Origin: a virus
Strand: one strand, 5' to 3'
Length of the DNA stretch: 64,000 nt
Virus record (IMG/VR): IMGVR_UViG_3300045988_135716
Coordinates: 117,096-181,095 of that record
Under the pieces are notes generated by a model that was not told the origin of the DNA, did not search any database, and saw only the letters and a program-made list of their open reading frames with translations. A program made the translations under genes and the position numbers. Positions 19,116 through 27,880 of this stretch are shown piece after piece. Every line of letters begins with the position of its first letter. The first letter of the stretch is position 1.

Positions 19116-21364
19116 TTAAGGTAATCAAGAGAGATGGTCGTAAAGTAGAATTTGATAAATCAAAGATTAAAAATGCTGTTTTGAAGGCTTTTGAGGAAGT
19201 AGATGGTGAAATTACACCAGAAGCAAAAGTAAAAGCTTGTGAAGTTGCAAATTACATTAATTCTTTAAATTATAATCGTATTTCTGTTGAGGAAATTCAA
19301 GATATTGTAGAAGAAAAACTAATGGCTAGTAAACGAAAAGATGTAGCAAAAGCATTTATTATTTATCGTAATAAAAGAACAGAAGCAAGAGAATCAAAAA
19401 CTCAACTTATGAAAGACATTTCTGAAAAACTTATGGCTTCAAATGTTCAAAATCAAAACGCTAATGTCGATGAAAAATCTTTTGGGGGAAGAGTCGGTGA
19501 AGCTAGTGACGCTGTATTAAAAAAATATGCTTTAGATCATTGCATGTCACCTATGGCAAAAGCAAATCATCTCAATAATGAAATTTATACACATGATTTA
19601 GCTGCTTATCCAGTAGGATCACATAACTGTTTAAGTTTGCCAATTGATCAATTAATGGCAAATGGATTTAATACTAGACAAGCAGATGTTCGTCCTGCCA
19701 ATAGCATTAGTACATTTTTTCAACTTCTAGCAGTATTAAAACAGTTACAAAGTTTACAGCAGTTTGGCGGTGTATCTTCTACTCATTTAGATTGGTCTGC
19801 TGTTCCATATGTAAGAAAATCATTTAAAAAACATTTAAAAGATGGGTTTAAATACATTGCCAAAGAAAATAGTTACGTTCAAGAACTTTTAAATTCTGAT
19901 AAAGAAATTTCTATTGATGATTCTTTTATTAAAGAAAATTATCCAAAAGTATATGAATATGCTTATGATATGACTGAAAAAGAAACTAATCAAGCCGTAG
20001 AAGGTATGTATCATAATTTAAACACGTTACAAAGCAGAAGTGGTAATCAGCTTCCTTTTACTTCAATTAATTATGGTACTTGCACATTACCAGAAGGTAG
20101 AATGGTTATAAAAGCACTATTAAATGGCTCGTTAGCAGGTGTAGGTAAGTTGCATAAAACATCTATTTTCCCTTGTGGAATTTTCCAGTGCATGAACGGA
20201 GTAAATAGAAAACTTGGTGATCCAAACTATGATTTATTTCAGTTAGCATTAAAATCTACTGCACAAAGATTATATCCAAACTATGCAAATGTAGATTGGA
20301 GTGGAAATGCAGGATATGATATTAATGATCCAAAAACGTATTTTTCTACAATGGGCTGTAGGACAGCTAATGGATATGATATTAATGGATTTGGACAATT
20401 GAAAGATGGAAGAGGAAACATTTGTCCAGTAACAATCATTATGCCTACGTTGGCAATGGAAGTAAAAGAAGCTTTAGAAATTCCTGACAATGATGGTATG
20501 ACACAGAATGAAAAAGAATCTAATTTAGTCTCGAATTTTATGCTTTTACTTGATGAAAAAATTCACGAAGCTAAAGATATGTTAATTGAACGATTCGATT
20601 GGATTTGTTCTCAATCTCCTGATTCCGCAAAATTCATGTATGAAAATGGAACAATGGCAGGATATATTCCAGAAGAAGGCATTCGTTCTGCATTAAAACA
20701 TGGAACTCTTGCAATTGGACAATTAGGATTAGCAGAAACATTACAAATTCTTATTGGTTGTAATCATACAAAATCAAAAGGAATGGAATTAGCAAAACAT
20801 ATTGAACAGTTATTTAAAGATAGATGTGCCGAATTTAAAGAGCAATATAAATTAAATTTTGGAGTGTACTACACACCAGCCGAAAATTTATGTTTTACAT
20901 CAATGAAGAAATTCAAAGAAAAGTATGGAACTATTAAAAATGTATCTGACAAACAATTCTTTACAAATTCGATTCATGTCCCTGTCTGGGAAAAGGTAAA
21001 TCCATTTGAAAAAATTGATATTGAATCACAATTAACTGGATATAGCAGCGCAGGATGTATCACATATGTTGAGTTAGAGTCTAGTGTTAAGCATAATACC
21101 GAAGCACTAGAAGAAATTGTTAATTACGCTATGGATCACGACATTCCATATTTTGCAATTAATGTGCCAAATGATACATGTATGACTTGTGGATATTGTG
21201 ATGAAATCGGAGATACCTGCCCTATGTGTGGAGGAAAAGATATTAAACGATTACGCAGAGTAACAGGATATTTAACAGGTGATTATAAAACGGCATTTAA
21301 TAACGGCAAAATTGAAGAAGTAGAATTAAGAACTAAACATAGTGACATTAAAAAGGAGCTTTAA
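19112..21364 (+). CDS. nrdD: anaerobic ribonucleoside-triphosphate reductase (class III)
   Basis: It has an N-terminal ATP-cone (VIKRDGRKVEFD), C-terminal Cys4 (CMTCGY..CPMCGG) and a glycyl-radical motif RRVTGYL. Confidence 0.95.
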   Translation: MIKVIKRDGRKVEFDKSKIKNAVLKAFEEVDGEITPEAKVKACEVANYINSLNYNRISVEEIQDIVEEKLMASKRKDVAKAFIIYRNKRTEARESKTQLMKDISEKLMASNVQNQNANVDEKSFGGRVGEASDAVLKKYALDHCMSPMAKANHLNNEIYTHDLAAYPVGSHNCLSLPIDQLMANGFNTRQADVRPANSISTFFQLLAVLKQLQSLQQFGGVSSTHLDWSAVPYVRKSFKKHLKDGFKYIAKENSYVQELLNSDKEISIDDSFIKENYPKVYEYAYDMTEKETNQAVEGMYHNLNTLQSRSGNQLPFTSINYGTCTLPEGRMVIKALLNGSLAGVGKLHKTSIFPCGIFQCMNGVNRKLGDPNYDLFQLALKSTAQRLYPNYANVDWSGNAGYDINDPKTYFSTMGCRTANGYDINGFGQLKDGRGNICPVTIIMPTLAMEVKEALEIPDNDGMTQNEKESNLVSNFMLLLDEKIHEAKDMLIERFDWICSQSPDSAKFMYENGTMAGYIPEEGIRSALKHGTLAIGQLGLAETLQILIGCNHTKSKGMELAKHIEQLFKDRCAEFKEQYKLNFGVYYTPAENLCFTSMKKFKEKYGTIKNVSDKQFFTNSIHVPVWEKVNPFEKIDIESQLTGYSSAGCITYVELESSVKHNTEALEEIVNYAMDHDIPYFAINVPNDTCMTCGYCDEIGDTCPMCGGKDIKRLRRVTGYLTGDYKTAFNNGKIEEVELRTKHSDIKKEL

Positions 21365-21367
21365 TTT

Positions 21368-21862
21368 ATGAAATATGCAGAAGTTTTAGATTGTGATGTG
21401 GTTAATGGTAAAAGAATTGGAATTTCTTTATTTGTTCAAGGGTGTCCAGAACCGCATTGTAAAGGATGCTTCAATTCACAAGCATGGGACTTTGAAGGTG
21501 GAGAAGATTTATCTGATACAAAATTAGACCACTTATTTAGAATGATTGATCGTCCATATATTAAACGTATTAGTATTCTTGGGGGAGAACCACTTTGTAA
21601 GCAAAATATTGACAATGTAACAGCAATTGTTAAGGAATGTAAAGAAAAATTTCCAGAAAAACAAGTATGGGTATGGACTAGATATTCCTTTGAAACTGAT
21701 ATTTCATCTAAGGAAATTGTTAAATATGCAGACTATATTGTTGATGGAGAATTTATCTTAGAACAAAAAGACTTATCTCTTGCGTTTAGAGGTAGCAGAA
21801 ATCAGCATATTTGGGAGAAACAAGCGGATGGAACATGGGAAAATAGGAGTGATGATTTATAA
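21368..21862 (+). CDS. nrdG: NrdD-activating radical-SAM enzyme
   Basis: Contains the cluster motif GCPEPHCKGCFN and lies immediately downstream of nrdD. Confidence 0.85.
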   Translation: MKYAEVLDCDVVNGKRIGISLFVQGCPEPHCKGCFNSQAWDFEGGEDLSDTKLDHLFRMIDRPYIKRISILGGEPLCKQNIDNVTAIVKECKEKFPEKQVWVWTRYSFETDISSKEIVKYADYIVDGEFILEQKDLSLAFRGSRNQHIWEKQADGTWENRSDDL

Positions 21863-21963
21863 GAGTACAATCAGAAGAAACAAAAAATAAAAGATATAAG
21901 GAAGCCCAACAATATATTGGTAAGAAATTCAACCATTGGACAATCACGAAATATAATCAAGAA

Positions 21964-22917
21964 GTGACAGAATCTCACTATAAGGAGGGCAAGCCACTTG
22001 GCTTGTTCTTCGATTGTGAGTGTGATTGTGAAAAACATACAGTTGTTACTCATCGACTATCTACATTAATACATGGAAAATCCAAATCATGTGGATGTAT
22101 TAAATTTAATAATCCAAATATTATAGAAGATTTAACTGGACAAAAATTTGGTAGACTAACTGTTATTGGTAGAGACATCGAAAGAGATAAAAAAGATAAT
22201 AAAAACGGTAAAAATAGAACACATTGGCTATGCCAATGTGACTGTGGTAATCCTAAATTAGCTAGTGTTACTGGACATCAATTAAAATCAGGGCATACAC
22301 AATCTTGTGGTTGCTATGCATCTGAGCAAATAGCCAAACGAAATAAAAAATATTCAACAAAAATCAATTCTTATATAGAGAATAATGATAATACAATTAC
22401 ATTATTAGACGACAATAATAATAAGTGTCTCATTGATAAAGAAGATTATGATATTTTAAAAAGATGGTATTGGAGAAAAATTGAAAAACGAGATAATCTT
22501 GAAAAGGGCTATTGGATAACCAATGTCAAAAATGATGATAAATATAAAACATCGACATTATTTATTCATCAAGTTATAGCAGAAATTAAATATGGAGACT
22601 ATAATCGAAAAGTTCATGTCCCAGATCATTTATCACGAGATACAAGTGATAATCGAAAATGTAATATTGTTCTAAAATCCAATCAGAAAAATTCCCACAA
22701 CAGAGGTTTAAGCAAGACAAATACATCAGGTAAAACAGGAGTAAGTTTTAATAAATCTAAAGATTTATGGTGTGCATATATTACAGTTAATTATAATACC
22801 GTATATCTTGGAGAATTTACTAAATATGAAGATGCTGTTCATGCTCGTAAAGAAACAGAAATAAAATATGGATTCACATGTGACGATATTGTAGCGTCAT
22901 ATGACAATGCAAGTTAA
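21964..22917 (+). CDS. free-standing HNH endonuclease with AP2 DNA-binding domain
   Basis: Has repeated G(K/Q)KF(N/G)..T(I/V) modules with CGC clusters, an HNH-like DHLSRD..N..N..H region and a C-terminal AP2-like GVSFNK..W.AYI..N...YLGEF. The frame is open from 21856 without ATG/GTG/TTG, so the true start is unresolved. Confidence 0.7.
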   Translation: MTESHYKEGKPLGLFFDCECDCEKHTVVTHRLSTLIHGKSKSCGCIKFNNPNIIEDLTGQKFGRLTVIGRDIERDKKDNKNGKNRTHWLCQCDCGNPKLASVTGHQLKSGHTQSCGCYASEQIAKRNKKYSTKINSYIENNDNTITLLDDNNNKCLIDKEDYDILKRWYWRKIEKRDNLEKGYWITNVKNDDKYKTSTLFIHQVIAEIKYGDYNRKVHVPDHLSRDTSDNRKCNIVLKSNQKNSHNRGLSKTNTSGKTGVSFNKSKDLWCAYITVNYNTVYLGEFTKYEDAVHARKETEIKYGFTCDDIVASYDNAS

Positions 22918-22930
22918 AGGAGAAAATCTT

Positions 22931-23257
22931 ATGGTAGAACCAAAAACATATCGTGTAAAACAATCAGTCAAAGATAGAGATTTTGTATCTAATAATTTTA
23001 GAGTAACACAAACTCAGTATATACTGAACAAACCATTGTATACAGAAGAAATCATTCTCAATCTTACCGTAGATAAAGAAGATTACTTTATATCAACGAA
23101 TGTACGATATGCAAACGGTACGTTATTTGCACCATTCTATAATCCAGATGATAGAGGTAATAATAAGCTCTACAAAAAAGTAGTAAAAGCGTATAACAAA
23201 TTCATGAGTAATATGAAAGATATTTTTGAGGAAGTATCAGAGAATGAAGACTATTAA
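22931..23257 (+). CDS. hypothetical protein
   Basis: ATG at 22931 follows AAAGGAG. The listed ORF starts at 22901. Confidence 0.5.
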   Translation: MVEPKTYRVKQSVKDRDFVSNNFRVTQTQYILNKPLYTEEIILNLTVDKEDYFISTNVRYANGTLFAPFYNPDDRGNNKLYKKVVKAYNKFMSNMKDIFEEVSENEDY

Positions 23258-23270
23258 CAAGGGAGATATT

Positions 23271-23513
23271 GTGTATTACACACGAGTATTTCCAGAAACA
23301 GGCACATATGATTTGTGCGATTGAGTTATAAGAACTGTTATGGATAATTGGTTCTGTGGTGTAGACAAGAAAGACAAACGTGCATATTTACTAGGGTTCA
23401 ATGAGATAGATGAAAATGTCTTTGATAATCGTTCAATTGCTCTTAAAAGAATACACAATGCAGAACAGAAATATCCGCAAATAAACGGAGAAACATATTA
23501 TGAGGAATATTAA
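23271..23513 (+). pseudogene. small conserved-looking phage ORF interrupted by an in-frame TGA (pseudogene, or two short ORFs)
   Basis: GTG at 23271 follows GGGAG. The encoded sequence is VYYTRVFPETGTYDLCD-TGA(23322)-VIRTVMDNWFCGVDKKDKRAYLLGFNE.., continuous in one frame to a TAA at 23511-23513. Confidence 0.4.
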
Positions 23514-23832
23514 AAATAACGTTGATTTAGAATGGAATGTATTTGTGTTTGATATAAATAAAAGACAAACGAAAGTATTTAATATCTTTAATCATATCAG
23601 TTACAAACAGGAAATTGTCGAATTATTAAATCGCAGAGATGATTACACACTGGAAGAATTTAGAGAAAAAGTTAAATTATCAACTATGTATTATTATTGG
23701 TGTAAATGCGAATGGGAGATTCTAATTGCTCCTTTGATTGGTGATTTTAATAAAGAATCTGTCAAAATAGACATATATAAACAATTAGAAATAAATTGGA
23801 ATCACTACATAAAATATTTATGGGAGATATAA
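23500..23832 (+). CDS. hypothetical protein
   Basis: 110-aa ORF. Confidence 0.5.
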   Translation: MRNIKNNVDLEWNVFVFDINKRQTKVFNIFNHISYKQEIVELLNRRDDYTLEEFREKVKLSTMYYYWCKCEWEILIAPLIGDFNKESVKIDIYKQLEINWNHYIKYLWEI

Positions 23833-23836
23833 ATTT

Positions 23837-24226
23837 ATGCTTAAATACTATATACCAATAACAGAAGTGCGGATTAATTCTATTAAACCATTCGATATAA
23901 ATTTATACGCACATAAGATATCTGAAAGTCATCCAGGCACAGACGTAATCAAGATCAACTGGGATAACGCAGAAGAAGAAATTCAAAAACTTGGTTTGTG
24001 TCTTCCATTTGGAATTACGAAGCGAAGAAAAGGATTAAAGTTATTCTTTTGGAATGATTTATTCACAAACGTTAAGCAATGGAAAGAATATTTAGATATA
24101 GAAATTAAAACATCTTGGAGAGAATATAAACCTACAATTAAAGAAATTATGGACTTCAAAGACAGTGATAAAGCTATTCAATATCTTGTTGAACGTGGTC
24201 TTAATGTAAGTTCATTAATAAAATAA
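23837..24226 (+). CDS. hypothetical protein
   Basis: 129-aa ORF. Confidence 0.5.
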   Translation: MLKYYIPITEVRINSIKPFDINLYAHKISESHPGTDVIKINWDNAEEEIQKLGLCLPFGITKRRKGLKLFFWNDLFTNVKQWKEYLDIEIKTSWREYKPTIKEIMDFKDSDKAIQYLVERGLNVSSLIK

Positions 24227-24262
24227 TTATAAGAAATTACATACACAAAGGAGATTATTAAT

Positions 24263-24799
24263 ATGGCAAAGAGAGTTGCAAAATTTGAGAAAGTTACATA
24301 CGGACAGTTTGAAAAAGATTGGCTTGATACATTTGATATTCCTGAATTAGATACATCAACCAGACGTGAGATTGAGAGTATTTACGGAGCAATTACACTA
24401 CCCAAAAGAGCAACAAAAGGCAGCGCAGGATATGACTTTGTAAGTCCTCTGACATTCACTTTAAAGCCTGGCGAAACTATTAAAATTCCTACTGGAATCA
24501 GATGCGGAATGAATACTGATTGGGTGTTAATGCTGTATCCTAGAAGTGGATTAGGATTCAAATTTAAAGCTAGGCTTTGTAACACTGTTGGGGTTGTGGA
24601 TAGCGATTTTTATTATAGTGATAATGAAGGTCATATCTTTGTTAAACTCTCAAATGAAGGAGATAAGGAGATTAAAATTCTTAGAGGAAATGCATTTTGT
24701 CAAGGAATTTTTATGCAGTATGGAATCACAGAAGATGATAAAGTAGAAACCTCTCGCAATGGTGGATTTGGCAGTACGGATAAGAATAAAAAGGAATGA
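24263..24799 (+). CDS. dut: dUTP diphosphatase (trimeric dUTPase)
   Basis: Contains the motifs GSAGYDF, PRSGLG and GGFGSTD. Confidence 0.9.
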   Translation: MAKRVAKFEKVTYGQFEKDWLDTFDIPELDTSTRREIESIYGAITLPKRATKGSAGYDFVSPLTFTLKPGETIKIPTGIRCGMNTDWVLMLYPRSGLGFKFKARLCNTVGVVDSDFYYSDNEGHIFVKLSNEGDKEIKILRGNAFCQGIFMQYGITEDDKVETSRNGGFGSTDKNKKE

Positions 24800-24804
24800 T
24801 TTGA

Positions 24805-24996
24805 ATGTCTGATTTAGAAGAAATGTTAACACCTATGGATATCATGAATCACCTAAAATTAGGAAGAAATAAGACCTATAATCTTATTAAATTGAAGAGT
24901 TTTCCTAAAATCAAAATAGGAAATACATACCGTATTCCTAAAGATAAATATATAAAATGGGTGTCTGATAACATAAAAAATACAATATATTTATAA
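24805..24996 (+). CDS. xis: excisionase-family helix-turn-helix DNA-binding protein
   Basis: 63 aa. MDIMNHLKLGRNKTYNLIK....IGNTYRIPKDKYIKWV matches the small MerR/excisionase HTH pattern. It lies next to int. Confidence 0.6.
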   Translation: MSDLEEMLTPMDIMNHLKLGRNKTYNLIKLKSFPKIKIGNTYRIPKDKYIKWVSDNIKNTIYL

Positions 24997-25003
24997 TAAA
25001 AAT

Positions 25004-25037
25004 GGGAGCCATATCGTAATGATATGCTCCCTTATTT
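25004..25037. terminator. bidirectional rho-independent terminator between convergent early operon and int
   Basis: An 11-bp stem GGGAGC(C)ATATC / GATATGCTCCC with a 5-nt loop, an A-run upstream and a T-run (TTATTTT) downstream. Confidence 0.7.
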
Positions 25038-25041
25038 TAGT

Positions 25042-26241
25042 TTATAACAATAGATTTATTGCTTCTGATTTATGCTTATTCATAATGTGCAAATAAATGT
25101 TGTAAGTTGTAGATACATCATCGTGACCAAGAATTTCAGATATAACTTTAATATCTACAAGCTTATTTTCTTCCCAACCTTTTTGTAATAACATTGAACC
25201 AAATGAGTGTCTTAAATCGTGAAGCCCAAACCCATCAGCATTTATTTCTGATCGTGTTAATATAGCTTTCAGAGTTCTTGTTAATGTAGACTGAGATGGC
25301 GGTATGTTGTTTTTGGTAACAAATACACAATCATCATTGCCTGCACTTTTCCCAGGTTCAATTGATTTCAAATATAATAATTGCTCTCGTGCAACAGTAG
25401 ACATAGGAATTATTCTAATAGATGCTGGTTTCTTTGGAATATCAATTATCCATTGATACTTACCATCTATTTTTATGCGTTCCATTGTTTTATTGATATT
25501 AATTGTATTATTCTCAAAATCTATATCCTTCCATGTAAGTGCGTATGCTTCACCCACTCTCATTCCAGTATACAGTATAATCAAACAAAATCTTGCATTT
25601 CTTCCGTAAATAAAATCTCCTGTTCTTACACCTGCAATTGTTTCATCGGCTTTCATTAATGCGACTTCTTTAAATCTATCAGCTTGTTCTAATGACAAAA
25701 ATGAATGTTCTTTCTTTTGTACAGCATAATTAGTTTTATGTGGCATTCTAACACCATTTGTAGGGTTTGATGTCATTATATTTACGGATATCAAATAATT
25801 AAATACAGTGTTGAGTAGTGTTCTTGTCTTTTTGACGGTGCTTTCTGAATATTTTTTTGATAACTCAACATAATAATTTTGTATTAACATAGAATCTATT
25901 GATCCCATCTGCACCTCTGAAATTTTATTTGTCTTAATATAACATCTATTTGTAGCTTGTAATGTGGCGTAGTTATTTGCTTTAAATGTTGACTCAAGTG
26001 AAGTAAGAACACTATCAATGCAATCGCCTAATGTCATTTTTAAATAATCTCTATTTGTGATATGCATAGTTTTTGATTCAAACTCTTGAATTTTACGTCT
26101 TACATCTGCCTTTGTCCGACCAGTAAATTCCTTTCGTGAACTCATTCCATCATATTTTTTTCGATACCTTTGATAGACCACTCCTTTCTTAGTAACAGTG
26201 TCCCATGATCCAGTTCCTTTTTCTCTCCTAGATACTGTCAT
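25042..26241 (-). CDS. int: tyrosine recombinase / phage integrase
   Basis: Contains catalytic-type motifs GMRVGEA, HDLRHSFGS and LGHDDVSTTYNIYLH. The preferred start is ATG 26241 after GGAGGTG; the listed ORF starts at 26262. Confidence 0.9.
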   Translation of the reverse strand: MTVSRREKGTGSWDTVTKKGVVYQRYRKKYDGMSSRKEFTGRTKADVRRKIQEFESKTMHITNRDYLKMTLGDCIDSVLTSLESTFKANNYATLQATNRCYIKTNKISEVQMGSIDSMLIQNYYVELSKKYSESTVKKTRTLLNTVFNYLISVNIMTSNPTNGVRMPHKTNYAVQKKEHSFLSLEQADRFKEVALMKADETIAGVRTGDFIYGRNARFCLIILYTGMRVGEAYALTWKDIDFENNTININKTMERIKIDGKYQWIIDIPKKPASIRIIPMSTVAREQLLYLKSIEPGKSAGNDDCVFVTKNNIPPSQSTLTRTLKAILTRSEINADGFGLHDLRHSFGSMLLQKGWEENKLVDIKVISEILGHDDVSTTYNIYLHIMNKHKSEAINLLL

Positions 26242-26374
26242 ATTTACACCTCCGATAAACATTTGTCGAATTGTCCATACAAAATAAAAAACTTTACTTT
26301 TCAGTAAAAATGTGCTAGTATATATAACGTGTTAGATATATTATACCATATTGAGTGGCAAGTTACAATCATAG

Positions 26375-26731
26375 TTCACCCTTATGAATAAATTTGAACT
26401 ATAATTCACCCAGTATTCACCCTTATGAATTAAATTTAATAGGGTGAAAGAGGTACAAACTAACACGACTAGGTATCAAGTTTGGCAACTGAATATTTCT
26501 TATAAAATTGTTTTAAAGCCAGTAAAATCAATACTTTCCAGTATTTACAAGGGCTTTAAAAGATTGATTTTCAAGATACGCGCCTGTAGCTCAGTGGATA
26601 GAGCAGTGGTTTCCGGTACCATTCTAAAATGATTAAGAATACTATAAATTCAATGCTAGATAAAAATGTTCACCCTTGTTTCACCCTTATTATATTGTAT
26701 ATTTGGGTGAAACAATTAAGATATGGGTGAA
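26375..26731. promoter_or_regulatory. probable attP: arm-type TTCACCC repeats flanking a tRNA-derived core
   Basis: TTCACCC occurs at 26375, 26405, 26416, 26669 and 26680. The inverted form GGGTGAA occurs at 26442, 26705 and 26725. The longer unit TTCACCCTTATGAAT occurs twice. Confidence 0.55.
26580..26622 (+). other. tRNA-Arg(CCG) 5' fragment (positions 1-43 only), candidate att core
   Basis: Reads as GCGCCTG-TA-GCTC-AGTGGATA-GAGC-A-GTGGT-TTCCGGT-ACCAT, i.e. acceptor 5' strand, D arm, then anticodon arm with CCG. No variable loop, T arm or acceptor 3' strand follows. Confidence 0.6.
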
Positions 26732-26973
26732 CTTAATTTATATTTAGAAAGAAATATGTAAAGTCATATCTGTATTACAACTTATTCTTTTATATCATTT
26801 GACGTTAAGATTCAAAATATAATTGTATATACAATATTATATGAACGGCTCTCACACATAGGATTACTTTATTTTCATTCAAACAGAATTAAATTGTATC
26901 TACAATTCACAAACGTAAAAAAATAGGACAGAAGAGTATCATTACTCAACTGTCCTAAATTATTTTTATCCTC

Positions 26974-27002
26974 TTGACTCGCAGAACAAATGTTTGTATA
27001 AT
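26974..27002 (+). promoter_or_regulatory. near-consensus sigma-70-type promoter
   Basis: TTGACT at 26974-26979, a 17-nt spacer, then TATAAT at 26997-27002, upstream of ORF 27025. Confidence 0.6.
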
Positions 27003-27024
27003 GTAAGCATGGAGGTAAGATGCT

Positions 27025-27228
27025 ATGAACACAAATCAATTACAATATGAAAATAGTAATACAAAAAATCTTATTAATGAAATTTATCGTATAAATCCAA
27101 ATGTAAGGTTCACTACATTCGGGAATGTAATATCTGAAAAGGAAGCCATGATGTTATATCGTGCCGTATTAAAAAATAGCAATAATAAGAATACCAATCT
27201 TGTTTATATACCAATGTTCCGTATGTAA
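27025..27228 (+). CDS. hypothetical protein (moron-like, opposite to late genes)
   Basis: 67-aa ORF preceded by GGAGGT. It has its own promoter and flanking hairpins. Confidence 0.5.
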   Translation: MNTNQLQYENSNTKNLINEIYRINPNVRFTTFGNVISEKEAMMLYRAVLKNSNNKNTNLVYIPMFRM

Positions 27229-27238
27229 GCGTAAAAAA

Positions 27239-27270
27239 TAGGGTAACCAGAAATTAATCTGATTACCCTA
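27239..27270. terminator. stem-loop terminator at end of late operon
   Basis: TAGGGTAA / TTACCCTA 8-bp stem. On the minus strand it is followed by a U-run (TATTTTTTAC). Confidence 0.5.
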
Positions 27271-27277
27271 TAACTAT

Positions 27278-27844
27278 TTATTCTTCTAATTTATCGTGGT
27301 CAAACCCAACACTCATTAATTTTTTATATTTATCATTTACAAATTCCATAGAAGATGTTACTCGACCATTCTCCATCCCGTTTTCTTCCAGAATTTTTTC
27401 ATACTTAACATATGTATCAATAACATGATCATACTGTTCTTTGCTGCATCTACGATGATTCATAATCGCACTTGCAAAATCTAACATTTCCCAACGCATA
27501 TCGTCAATTTCTTTATTGATAAATAGCTGTTTTAGTTCTGTCATTTGATTGCTCAAACTCTCTTGATTCGCTTGCAAATTATTACGAATTTCAATACTCT
27601 GTCCATGATATGTTTCTTGATTATCCAGAAATGTTGTCTTGACTTTTTTTAATTCACTTTCTAATGTGTCTAGTCGTTCATTTACGGCGTTTTCTCTTAA
27701 TTCCTTACCAGACTTTAAGTCAAGTGATTCGAGCGTTCCTTTCCATAATTTAGTGCCTTCTACGATCAATAGAAGAACTAATACCACACAGAGAATAATT
27801 GTAAATATCCCCTGTGAATTTATTTCATTTAATGTACTAATCAT
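27278..27844 (-). CDS. N-terminally membrane-anchored coiled-coil protein (lysis accessory or holin-like; uncertain)
   Basis: Has a single TM segment (IFTIILCVVLVLLLIV) and lies directly downstream of the endolysin gene. Confidence 0.5.
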   Translation of the reverse strand: MISTLNEINSQGIFTIILCVVLVLLLIVEGTKLWKGTLESLDLKSGKELRENAVNERLDTLESELKKVKTTFLDNQETYHGQSIEIRNNLQANQESLSNQMTELKQLFINKEIDDMRWEMLDFASAIMNHRRCSKEQYDHVIDTYVKYEKILEENGMENGRVTSSMEFVNDKYKKLMSVGFDHDKLEE

Positions 27845-27880
27845 CTCATTATCCTCAATCCTTTCCGCAAAAAGCTAATA

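Noticed and set aside
26444-26632. Listed 62-aa plus-strand ORF.
   Set aside because: It runs through the att arm repeats and the tRNA fragment and has no SD. It is spurious.
26580-26760. The region might hold a complete tRNA gene, or a tRNA interrupted by an intron.
   Set aside because: Both strands of the anticodon stem are present, so there is no anticodon-loop intron. No T arm or acceptor 3' strand occurs within several hundred nt.
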